Origin: Penicillus capitatus
Taxonomy: Eukaryota; Plantae; Chlorophyta
Direction of reading: 5' to 3'
Assembly (NCBI GenBank): GCA_965649825.1
Contig: OZ287714.1
Span: 1 to 64,000, forward strand
Length of the DNA stretch: 64,000 bases
In this document: positions 10,762 through 22,111 of the stretch, one piece after another
Numbering within the stretch: the first letter of the stretch is position 1
How the letters are laid out: every line of letters begins with the position of its first letter
Notes under the pieces: model-generated
What the model was told of the DNA's origin: nothing
The model's database searches: none
The model's input: the letters and a program-made list of their open reading frames with translations, nothing else
Made by a program: the position numbers and the translations under genes

Positions 10762-11843
10762 AAACTGAGTGCTGTTGGTGGGGTGCATGCATATGTGTGT
10801 GTGTCATCACAACCAAACTTGGCACGAGTCTGGCCGTTTTTGATCTGGGGCGAATTTTGATTTGTTATTCGCTGACTTGAACAGCACGACGACGACGACG
10901 ACGACTGACATATGCACGTGTCATGATGATTTCAACGCTTCTCTCTCTGTGTGTTTGTGTTTGTGTGTTTGTTTGTTTGTTGTCTTTCTTCTCAAAAACT
11001 CAGTCATTTGATCCATGCAGCCATTGTGTATGAACCGATCCTCTCTTTCTGTTGCGTTAATTAATTCCTTTGCTCAATGGAATTGGTTCCTTCGTCCGTC
11101 TGACGATTCGTGTTTTCAAGCTCATGCAAGAACAATTGTGCTTCCGTCGCTGTCCGCTAACTCATGCCCTCCAGCATGCCTGTCAGCAGACACATCTCTC
11201 GTATTTCCATTGTTTTTATATGTTTCAGTGACCAAATGGCGAGGATGGGATGCTGAGGTTTCTTCTACTAGATTACACTGACATGCTCACCAAGCTTGAA
11301 AACTTTCTTCTTTCTATGAGAGACAGACGAGGAGATTCTTGGTCTACTCCTGCACACTTGACGATCAAAATTTCACAGCTGAAACTCTGTAACCCTGATT
11401 TTGTTGTCGAAAACTACCGGACGCAATAACGGATGATGGCAGTACAGCTATGAATCAAGAAATCTGATCAAAGAACACTGTTCAGGTTGTGCTGGATGGT
11501 CCTGCACTTTGTTGCTGCTTACGATGAGATGATTGCCTGTATTCTTGGTCCATGGTTACGGAATGCATGAGGCCCTCTGATCTTTCATGAAGGGTTGGTC
11601 ACTGTGTTGTGGGAGCTCGGTCAAGCTTGGTGTCCCATTCGATGAGGGCAGTCTTTCAAATATGTTCTCTCTGAGTTAAGATACGCACGCCTCCTGATGT
11701 CATGCACCATCTTCATCCGTTCCCTGTCCTGCCGACGCGTTGCAGACATCCAAAGGCATTTGTGTAACAAAGATGAATCTGCAACCTGAAAACAAACAAA
11801 CACTCCATGCCTGCCTGCCTGCTCCCAATGCATGCCTCCGTTT

Positions 11844-14800
11844 TCACGTCGATCTTAAGAATCCCTGATCATCTCCCTTAATACAGTCAAGCAACTCTGT
11901 AATAGATTCCTCCGAGCAATGATCCGTTTGAGCAAGTCGCGCAAGCCATTCGAGGCATAGATCGTGATCTCCTACACCCTCCAATCGCTCCAACGCGCAT
12001 CCCGTCTCTCGAACGGACAAAATGTGCTGGGCGCGTGAAATGACATCTGCCGGAAGCCCACAGAGTCGAGCACAGTACACCTAGGTGCTCACAACCATGG
12101 ACTGGGTATCTACCCGCCGCCACACGAGACGTACTCCATAGCTCGATGTCGTTTGACCAGGAATCAGCTTATACAGAAGGACATGTCTCTGATCGTCTTC
12201 TGAAGAGCACGGATCCATAGTCATCACCTGCATCGTCCGGTACTGGATCGTGGGACATCGATCCATCCATCCAGCTGAGAACAGTTCACTGAAATGTGTA
12301 CAGGCAAGGACTCTAGGGCTCTTCTCTTGCTGTCCCCAGTGTTCTAACATGGAACAGAGCAGACCGACGCCATCCGATGTCAGCGTGCCCTGGGACACTC
12401 ACGAAATGCAGAGAGATGTGTCACCGTTGTGTCCGCAACGACACCTTGCCGAATTCATCGATGAGCAGGAGTGATCTGGAGGTTGCTTGATGAACCATGG
12501 TGTGCATTTGTGCCAAGTCGACCATGAAAGTACTCTGATGCACTCTGGAGCGTTTTCTCTCTTGAGCTGTGCAGATTCGGGAGAAGATGCGATCAGTCAA
12601 GCCTATTTGACACGACGTGGCTGGGACAAACGATCCAATGTGTGACAGAAACACAATCAGCGCCACCTGCTTCATGTAACTGCTCTTTCCTGATGCATTT
12701 GGACCTAAGCACGGGAGTTGCGCATTTCTGCCGTCCACCTTGATACCTGTGATGATTTGGATTCGCCCATCTGCATCGGACAGTTGTGTATCGTTGGGGA
12801 TAAAGGTATCAACGACCATCTCGACCAATGGATGCCGTCCTGCAAGAGAGGCAAGATTCGACAATCGGGTGACGGTTAGAAAAGATCCGTGCCTTGTTGA
12901 ATGATGAGGTCATTGGATTCGGTCACCACAGGACGACAGTAATTCCCATCACATGCACAGATGGCCAAGGCAGTCAAGCAGTCCAGTTCGGCGCAGACAC
13001 AGGTACTCCGAAGGAGGGCAGATTTGTCATGCATCACTCGGCAAATGAGTTCGGCACATAGACTGCTCTGCATAGAAAGCAGCACGACATTCCAGACAGC
13101 AGATCACGAGCGTCGCACTTCCATGTCTTGTATCTTATGCAGCAGGTCGCCGTATCGATCATTCAGGGCATCTGTACAGTGAGCTGTGTAGTAGCTGACA
13201 GGAGAGCCGTCATCTGCAGTGCTTTCGAAGGACTGAAACGGAGAAGATGTATTGACTCTGTGCCAATAGAATGTTTTACCTGTTCATAGTCGTCCAAGAC
13301 GTCCAGGATCTCTGCTCCTAAGGGCGAGCCCATGACCTGAACCAGGTAACCCACCTGGGGAACGTAGACAATAGACCAGAGATGCTGCATCAGTCCACGG
13401 CTCAAACAACGGGGTATACGATTCAACTCCATTTCAATGGCCTGGGTGATGGGACGGTAATATGAGGATACTGGCAATTGTGTGCACCTTGGTGAGCATA
13501 TCCGGCAATCGACGGTAGATGCCCTTCATCTCATCGAGATCTCGGCAGATGCCGGGAGCGATGTACATGTGCTCATCTTCCATATCGAAATCGACGACGC
13601 TGTCAATCAGCTGAACACCTGAGAGACTTCCAAAGGTGCAGAGAGTTCATGACACGGTGCCTGTGTCTTACAGCGCGACAAGTCTTCTGTGATGTGCATT
13701 TCAAATTTTTTGACGATCCAGAGTTGACACCAGGCAGTACACCATTCTTCTCCTTCATCCGAGTACTGCATCAGCGCCTCAGCGGAAGAGATTCCGACAG
13801 GAATGCTCACTTGGTAAACAGAACCTGTGCCTAAACCCTGTACGAGCTTTGACAGCTGCAGCATCGACGCCAGACTCGATCTCAAGGCAGAAAGCAATTC
13901 GATCTTGTTGGGTGCCTGATGACACTGCAAGCTTTTCAGAATTGATGGGACGTCTTTAATCTGCAACGGCAGGCATGGTGCCAATCATCGAGGCCGGGAC
14001 ACATCGAGGTCACTTGTTTCAATGGAGCTCTGAGGGCTTTGAGGATATCTGGACGATGCGTCAAGACTTCGATGGTGTTCAACCGGTCGTTTATCATCTG
14101 CAGATTCAGTAGTGGTCTCAAAAACCATCCATACAGCAATCGCCGTCCCTAGAAAGCGAGAATCTGCGTCTTTCTTCTGTAGGATCAGGAGTGGCAGTCC
14201 AACGGCAAGTGTCAAACAACGATCCATCATTCCAAAAACGCTGAAGCCTTCTTTTGATCGGCCGATGCCGACGATCGACGGATGCATCTCTTCATGAAAG
14301 ATCTGCAGTCCATGTAAGGTTGTCACATCGATCATCAAGTATCTGCATCCAACACATAGGCATCTCTCCCTGGCACATGCCGTTCATAGAGATAGCGAAA
14401 TGCACCCGTCCAGTTTCATTTGAGAGAGATTCTGAACCTCCAGCGGCTTGCCTTCCTACACAAGTGCGTCAGATGCAGGAGACATCGAGAAATCTGAATC
14501 TGTATACGCTTTGCAAAATGTACAGCAAGGCACCGATGGCACGAATCTGTTGCGTGGCTGAGAGATTGAGTCTGGCATGAATCCAATGCATCTTGTCGCT
14601 GTCACGTATCGCATCGGGCATTGACGCAACGGTCAGGTGCTCTAACAGACGCATCCCCTATGTCCATCACCCACTCGATCTTTGTTACTCGGGCGTCCGT
14701 TTCCCACCGCATCTGTTTGAAAGAGTCCATTCTTCACTCGGCGCACCTCAGGTGGTGCATTTCGATGGATGCCGGTCGTTTTGAGGACGTCAACGAATTC

Positions 14801-15113
14801 GAGGGCAGCATTCGTGCCCACAAAAACGATGTCTGGCTGAAGGTGCATCAATGCCAGTCGTAACATCTGAAATGCCGTCGGGCCTTTGTCTTCTTCCCAT
14901 CCTTGGAACGCTACCAGCTACGTACGCACAGTACTTAAGGAACCGTCGATCTGTCTTGTCTCCGACCTCCTCCGATGCTTCGTCATACATCGCCAATCCG
15001 AGCACCCCATGCGAAAAGACGCCTGTCACATAACGCACCGTTTGCGTTGTTTCCTTTTCCCCCGGCTGAGAAGTATCGTGAGCCGTTGTCGACATGAAAG
15101 CGTCACGATGCAC
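11844..15113 (-). CDS. MSH5: MutS homolog 5 (meiotic crossover factor), many short introns
   Basis: Exons with GPNASGKSSYMKQVALIVFLSHIGSFVPA (Walker A), STFMVDL, SLLLIDEFGK-GT, VLACTHFSEL, YKLIPGQTTSSYG; N-terminal IDVTTLHGLQIFHEEMHPS...EGFSVFGMMDRC typical of MSH5. Exact ATG uncertain. Confidence 0.88.
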
Positions 15114-15168
15114 ATCATTCTCGCCCTTTTATATCGCCTCCACTGACGTGACCGATGACATTTGCGAC

Positions 15169-15938
15169 ATGGAGTCGAAAGCCCGAGCATTCAAGATAAA
15201 GTACGTCGACGGCGACCCAGATAGCATCGTGCACGTGGAACGGTCCAAATCCGTTCAGCAACTGCTGAGCGAAGTGGGCGCCGTCTGGATGCGAGCCCAT
15301 CGAAAAGTGCTGTGTGCTTAGCTCAAGGCTTCAAAAGAGGTCTCAGCAATAAAGCATATACGCCTTATTGCGTCTGGACAAGAGATTCTTCCAGAAACGC
15401 GAATTTCGGATATTCCTGGTGATACTCTGCATTGTATAATATCGGACTTTGCACCGCAGCATACAAGGCCATCGCCAAAGCGAAGCCGATGTCAAACGAC
15501 ATGTGACTGGGTAATATATGTTCTCACTCTTTTTAGAAGTGAGAATAAGAGTGACAGTTGGAGAGTCTGGATCCTGGAGTGGTATTGATGTGGATATGCG
15601 GTTTGGCACTCGCAGCTTTCTGGACGTTATACCTGTTAAGAAAAGACGTATTCGAAGATGCCAATCTAGCACTTCTCACACTGCTGACATTGGCTTTCCT
15701 TTTTCCTTGCTTCACTCTGTATGTCTCAGGAAGCCCGACACCCCAAAGCGCGTCGAATGCTGATTATAGAGTCATTGTGGGAGGTCCGTCAGGATTCTGT
15801 GGCAGACGACAGAAACGCAAGCGTATGGTGTATGTAGGTTCTGTGCAGCACGGGGGGAATACGAGAGAATTTCATCAACCCTTAATTCATGATGCGGACA
15901 CACCCCCTAGGCCTTCGGCCCCCTTGGAGCAATCATGA
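15169..15938 (+). CDS. Ubiquitin-like domain + two-TM membrane protein (TMUB/Dsc3-like architecture)
   Basis: UBL exons (SKSVQQLLSE; IRLIASGQEILPETRISDIPGDTLHCIIS) followed by DPGVVLMWICGLALAAFWTLYLL...LALLTLLTLAFLFP. Confidence 0.65.
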
Positions 15939-16267
15939 GCATTAGATTTGCCAAAGATGAGAAAAGTTTTCTCGCATCGTCTTGTACAGTGGTATTTTTG
16001 CGCCTGCCTGTGAAAAACGTCGCACTATTCTTTGGAGAATCCGTCTGTGACTCGTGCGAAAGTAGATGATGGATGATGGCTTCGCTATGTGTAACACCTC
16101 CTCTATGAAATGGAGAGAAGACTGCCGAAAGCCGCACGCGCATCACAGGTCAACGCATCTTGAATTTGTTATTAAGTGGTTAAGGGGGATCGTCAGGCCA
16201 CAGCCTTGAGCAACACCACTAACAGCTAAGTATCAGAATGAAATCGGCCTATCCTCTATGGGTATCT

Positions 16268-16735
16268 CTAAAACGATGGGCTGGACGCTTCCGCACCGGG
16301 CGCTTCGGCACTTGGGCTTGCCAACGGACCAGCCATCACATCCATATTTTGATCACAAGAACCTGCAGACCATACAGACGCGGGGTAAGAAGAGGGGGAG
16401 ATATGGAGAGAGGATGATGTCGTGCCTTCAAGGGAGAACATGAGCTCTTGTTGATAGCTCTTGGAAGTCGCGTCCGACATTTTCCCGCTCTTTAGGCAGG
16501 AGAACAGTGCTTTGCCACTGAGGGCATCCATACAGCGTCGTGTACAGAGGCTGTCTCTTTGCGTCAAGTCAATGTTTCCGTACGTACACGTTGCGCCGCC
16601 GCAATAAGTATTGTAGACAATTTGGACGCATCCGACATCGCAGACACTCATGGGAACGAGGCGCGATTCGACGGCGACGAACGTCAATGCCACGCACAAG
16701 ACGACAGCGAAACGAATGGCGGTTTTCGTATGCAT
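16268..16735 (-). CDS. Small secreted cysteine-rich protein
   Basis: Signal peptide MHTKTAIRFAVVLCVALTFVAVES, Cys-rich domain (CDVGC, YCGGATC, LCTRRC, FSC), Ser/Pro/Ala tail; 3' exon structure uncertain. Confidence 0.55.
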   Translation of the reverse strand: MHTKTAIRFAVVLCVALTFVAVESRLVPMSVCDVGCVQIVYNTYCGGATCTYGNIDLTQRDSLCTRRCMDALSGKALFSCLKSGKMSDATSKSYQQELMFSLEGTTSSSLHISPSSYPASVWSAGSCDQNMDVMAGPLASPSAEAPGAEASSPSF

Positions 16736-17531
16736 TGTCAACGGACAGCGATAGAATCCGCAAGGGTACAGTGCTGTCGAATAACGGAAGTCGGAAGGAA
16801 ATGGACGATAGTATCAGTTGGTTGCTGCTTGAAGAAATGAATAGTACTCAGCCTTTGTAGACGTCTGGCCAGACAGCGTTTGTCAACCGATATAACGAGC
16901 GGTTTTGGTCGAGTCTTTCGGTACAGACGGTCGAGAGTATCGCCCTGAATCCAACGGTTATCGCAAAGGCATCCCGACGGGGACGCGGGCTGCCGCGGAT
17001 GATTCGTCCAGAAGACATGCAACGTCTTGCCTCGTGAATACGTCGTCGAGGCAATGACGGAGAATGCATCGAGGCGTTTCACGCGGGAGGAGGTGTCGGT
17101 TGGCCGTGACAAGGCTCCGCGCCTTCGAGCTTGGCTGAACCGCCACAGGATCGACGGATAGGTTCGTGGCTTCGTCGGTCGAAGGCGAACGTCGACGCGA
17201 TGGTTAGAACGCAGGACCGTATGAGCCTCGGTTACCTAGGTACCCCCAAAGCAGTACGACCCACCACAGTCCAATCACCGTCGTTGCTGACGTTCTCGAT
17301 ATCTCCCGAAACGTCACTACTCCCATACCCACGCCACCGTGTCTCGTAGCTTTGCTCGCAGACGTGTCGTGTGGAGAGCCCGTGTGCAAAAAATGCTGTC
17401 TAGGCAGTATACGATTTCGAGGTATGTTGCGTTGGTCTTGTGCTATATCGATGCGTTCGTTCGTCTCTGATCATCTTGATCTCGAGCATTCGTCGAATTG
17501 CGTCAACCGAACTGGTGTCGTTTGCAGTATC

Positions 17532-18133
17532 ATGGCGCCGAAAGGGGACGACGACAGCGAAGTCGAGACCCCGCATTTCTCAGCGATGCGTCTGATGGGG
17601 CACATACTGACCAAAGGCGTCCAGGCCGGTTCGGTCGTGGGAGGGGCACTGCTCCTCCCTGCACTGTATTGCTATAATTCGCACGTCGAGACGAAAAAAC
17701 TGACGAAACTTGTGACCTATACCCTGGCTGGAGGGGTAGCGCTCTCAGGTGTGTCTCAGCCAACACGCTCGTCGTCTGGATATCGCTCACCTTCGTGGTG
17801 CAGGAACCCTGGGAGTGGCGAAGTTTGTATCTATGGACATTGATGGTGTACAAGAACGTGCTTATCGTATCAAGCACAATGCCTCTCAGAATCGCCTCGA
17901 TCGAATGAATACCATATTTGGGCTGTTCGGTGCAGGTGTGAGAATTTGTGTGAGATGATGATCTGTGCGTATGTGTGGCTGTAGGAGCGATGGGTTTGAT
18001 TCGCGGTCCAGATGCATACTCTATTCTTTCTGGATTCTCATTAGGTACAGCGGCGGCCGTTTTAGCACACTTCATTACAACAGACCACAAAACAGACGTT
18101 GGCAAGATTGTTCACGAACTCAGAACGACCTAG
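17532..18133 (+). CDS. DUF1757-like multi-TM membrane protein
   Basis: Three exons; KGVQAGSVVG, ERAYRIKHNASQNRLD motif, C-terminal GFSLGTAAAVLAH; family assignment from memory. Confidence 0.6.
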
Positions 18134-18756
18134 ATTGAACCCTCGTTCCAGCACAGCCACAGTCAAGCAGTCCTTCTCAGGAAGGTGAAGGGAAGCTCTC
18201 TTGATGTTGATCAAAACGACAGGATGGTGATGACGCATCCATCATGTTCCATGCACGAGGATGGCGTTTTCATGACTTAAATTTGAATACCGTCGCACAA
18301 CTCGTAGAGTCTCAGATGTCGTTTGTTTGTTTTTGAGACAAGGAACTAAAAAGAGCTTAACTCCGAACGCATTTCAGCAGTTCCGGTTTATTGTGGAATG
18401 AAGTGATGCGTTTCAGAGTCATCTAAGTGTCCATACAACGAGGACAAGGGCAAAAGTAGGGACAATAATAATAGGGACAACAACAACAACAACCACAATC
18501 AACATCGACAGGGATAAAGACAACAACACAGAAACGATCATCTAATCCACAAGTCTGCCAATCTGGGTGGGATCCGTGCCTGGGCAGAATCGTATCAGAG
18601 GCACAAATAAGGCCGGTCATCGCAATGCATGAGCTCTTTCAGTACAGATGACAGTGGGTGTGGTATTACAAAAAGCCGACATTACATAGCATGAGTGATG
18701 GATAATAGGTCTCACACAAATATCTGTACGTTCTCCAGCAGCACGTCTCAGTTCCC

Positions 18757-19962
18757 TTATGCCGTTTCTGGTGGCGGTGATGACGGGGTTGGCAATGGCA
18801 CTCTTGCATGAGGCGCCGTTTCTGGTGGCGACGTTGTTAACGGCGATTCGGCATCGAAAACAGTAATCAGGCATGTCATGTTGTCACATCCGACCCCTCT
18901 CGTCAGCTTAGGATCCATTGCCAGGCATCGATCCAGCAACTCCGCCGAAATCTCCGAAACGCCTTTGTTCTCTTTCAGTCCACTGAGAACAAAGTCCACG
19001 ACTTGTTGATTGTCCATGACATCCCACACTCCATCGCATGCCAAGATAAAGAACCGATCATCTGGCTGGATCGTGAACGTTGTCACATCGGGCTCGGCAG
19101 TAATGATTTGATCCTTTGGCATCAGTTCTGCATTGCACTTGTATCGCAAGTCCCCGATCGCACGGGACAGATTCAGATTACCATTCACACGACACATTCC
19201 AGCAATATCGCTCAGAAATCCACCAGCCGCTTCGATGCGGGTTCGCTCAGCATCTAAGCTCGGTTTATGATCTTGTGACAGCGCCACAGCTCTGGCCCCA
19301 CGGCAGAGGACGCCTCGTGAGTCTCCTGCATTGGCCACATAGAGTTCATTTCCTTTGAGAACAGCCACGATGGCCGTTGCTCCTGCCTGAACCAACGAAT
19401 CCATTTGACTCATTTGATCGATCTGATCATTTGATGACGATGAATCGCTTCCGTTTGAGTAATCATCGTTCCCTCCACTGCCATCTGAGGCAAACATCAG
19501 TTTTCGTACCAGGTCTAATTGCTTCAGGACGGATTCTGCTGCATTGTTGCCATTGGGTGAATCTCCGCTCTCGTCTGTTCTTTCTTCTGTCTCTCCGTTC
19601 GTTGCCTCGCCGCTCATGCGCATCTCTTCGAGTTCTGTTTTGAAAGTTTCTTCCTTTAGCATCTCATCCATGCGATGGAAGACACGAATCAAAGCCGATT
19701 CTATATTCTCAGGAAACCCTTCGATGCTGGGAAACTCCGATGGTAAGTATTTTTCGCAAAAACGTGCCACTTCGCAGCCGCCGTGGCCGTCAAAGACGCC
19801 AAAAACGGTGATATCTGGATGTTTTTCCGATACATGTACGAAATGGGCGTCTTCCATATTACGACGCCAGCCTTGCATAGCTGAGCCTCCATAGCGAACG
19901 CCCCTCGTTGCGCCGTCGAAGGACTGTTTGTCTGTCACGGGGGCTGAGAGATAGGCGCCCAT
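18757..19962 (-). CDS. PP2C/PPM1G-like protein phosphatase, intronless
   Basis: MGAYLSAP start, MQGWRRNMEDAH, VFDGHGG, ANAGDSR, DHKP, NLSRAIGD, ACDGVWD, GCDNMT, with an acidic insertion; duplicated C-terminal PPETA. Confidence 0.93.
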   Translation of the reverse strand: MGAYLSAPVTDKQSFDGATRGVRYGGSAMQGWRRNMEDAHFVHVSEKHPDITVFGVFDGHGGCEVARFCEKYLPSEFPSIEGFPENIESALIRVFHRMDEMLKEETFKTELEEMRMSGEATNGETEERTDESGDSPNGNNAAESVLKQLDLVRKLMFASDGSGGNDDYSNGSDSSSSNDQIDQMSQMDSLVQAGATAIVAVLKGNELYVANAGDSRGVLCRGARAVALSQDHKPSLDAERTRIEAAGGFLSDIAGMCRVNGNLNLSRAIGDLRYKCNAELMPKDQIITAEPDVTTFTIQPDDRFFILACDGVWDVMDNQQVVDFVLSGLKENKGVSEISAELLDRCLAMDPKLTRGVGCDNMTCLITVFDAESPLTTSPPETAPHARVPLPTPSSPPPETA

Positions 19963-20260
19963 GCGAACGGGAACCAAGAAAAAAGAAACGCAGAAGCGAT
20001 GTTCGACACGATGCTGCACACACTGGCGAAGTTGACGAAAACACAATCGTCGTACAGACGGCAAAAATGGCTCCTGTTGAGCCCGAATCGATTTCATCTG
20101 TCATTATAGACATTAAGTATGTCAATCACCACAAACAAGATACAACCGACGTCTAGCATGACGCATCGAAGCCCATGGACAATATTCCATGTCATATAGG
20201 GACTGGATGGATGCAAGGATGATATGAGGAGGCATCCCGATATCGATCCTCTCGCCACGA

Positions 20261-21727
20261 TCACGGCAGAATTCCTTGCTGTCTCAGAATCTCCATCGCC
20301 TCTTCGGGTGATTGTGGCAGACGACCGTCCTTGAAGAACTGAGATACCCACACAGACAGACGTCTTGTCATAAGCGTGCGCGATGTCGTTGCTGTTTGAT
20401 CGACCTTATGCCAATGTCGCTTGCGTTGGTTAATGAACCAGTTATTGATCTGGGTTGCACTGAGATCTGTCTGTCCCGCCAGGGCGCGTTTTTCATCTTC
20501 TGATGGATATGGCCAGGCCAAGTTCTTTTCCCACCAGCCCCGCAAAACATCCGTTGCATTTACAGGAAGCTTTCCTTTCTTTCTTTTCCTTCTGAATTCA
20601 TCACTCAAGTGTTGGATTTGGTCAGAATACCTAAGGTATGGCACGATGGCATTCGCATCCGTGGCAGTTACGGCGACGGTTAAGGACGGTCAAGGGTAGT
20701 GAAGAGAAGGGGTGAAGGAGAAATGCACGTGGCGTGTCTCACTTTCGTTTAAGGACTTGTCTGAGGTGATCTTCATCTGTGGCACTCAATGCAACGGGAC
20801 CTTCCATCTCTACGACACAAAGACTCATGCTGAATCACGAAGGTCGACGAGACAACTTACGTGAGGCGCTGTTGGTGATGGCCTTAATCTGCTGCTCGAA
20901 CATCGTACAGGCATTGTTTGCTTCGCTTTGTGTGAGCACCAGTTCTTGGTTAAGACCCTGTACGAGCTTAAGATAGTGATGCTGAAAAGACAGGCAGGTG
21001 TAAACAAAGAGCCACAAAATGAGATGAGTCTATACACACCAATAACATGTCTAGCTCCGAATTGCTCTTTCCACTCCGTTGGCGTTTCTGCAGTTCCAAT
21101 CGCGCCTGGTGGATGCTGTCCATGGAGCGCTTATGCTGATCAGCAATCAGTCGCTGTTTTTCTTGATCTTCCCCTATCTGACGACCAATGAAGATAGCGC
21201 GTGTAATATCTTCAAATTTTGGATGGCCCACGACTTCCAGATACTGTAACTGCGTCACCGAGTTCTGCAGCGGCTGAGGGAGGGAGAGAGATGGAGGAAA
21301 GAGGGCAGGGGGATACGAAAGCAGAGAAGCTTCGCCTCCTAATTGCGTTTGGGAAGGGAGACTCGTCGGGTAATGGGATGATGCCTCAGCAGGAAGCGAT
21401 GAAAACATTGCCTGGACACCACACATCACTCGCATGATCGCCAACCGACGTTACGCGTCCTCGCTGACGTCGCATGTACGATCGCGTATCGCTTACCGTC
21501 AAAGGAAGGGTCACTGCTGGGCCACTTGGCACGACCTCTCTCGGATGCGTCAGATGACGATCGCTGCTCGGCGCTGTCGTCGACGTCGTGCTTGACATCG
21601 TCGCGTAATGTGATGGATGCGCGTCGAGGGTCCATGACCTTGTTGTCGTGGCACGTTCCGTCGCTGTTCCCTCTTGACGCTGACAACCCATGTACTGCTG
21701 TTGAGTATTTAAGGGACGTGTCTCCAT
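20261..21727 (-). CDS. KNOX-class TALE homeobox protein (GSM1-like)
   Basis: KNOX1-like VVGHPKFEDITRAIF, KNOX2-like helix (SELDMLL...EANNACTMFEQQI), ELK (YSDQIQHLSDEFRRKRKKGKLP), homeodomain WPYPSEDEK...QINNWFINQRKRHW. 5' exon junction uncertain. Confidence 0.85.
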
Positions 21728-22111
21728 CGCGTCGTGCTCTATGTCTCTAAACGGACCAATGTCGGTCTTATCCTGAAAAGACTAACGCACAGCGCGTCGA
21801 GGCAGGAGTGGAATGAAATACAAAGCCGACCGAAACGACGTGATGACGAGACAGAAACGACAGGTTGGGGCGACCACGTCGGGAACGAATGCAGGAGGCG
21901 TCGGTCTTGAGTGGCTCGGATGAAAAGCTAAGGAATAAAATGGAGAACGAATGGTGCGACGGGACAAAGAGCGGTTAGCCAAAGGTCTCTGAAGCAATGG
22001 ACCGTGCATGCACGTACGCACGTACATACTATCACCACAGGCCAAGAAAGATAGACAGGACGATGTGACAGTCGGTTGAGCGACTGCCTGTCACCTATCG
22101 CCATCGGCACG

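Noticed and set aside
10886-10905. (ACG)n and adjacent GT-rich microsatellites; also the (CAA)n tract near 18478
   Set aside because: Ordinary 3' UTR simple repeats.
11015-11840. Short ORFs and stop-riddled coding-like sequence between the WW gene and MSH5
   Set aside because: No coherent exon chain or motif could be assembled; left unannotated.
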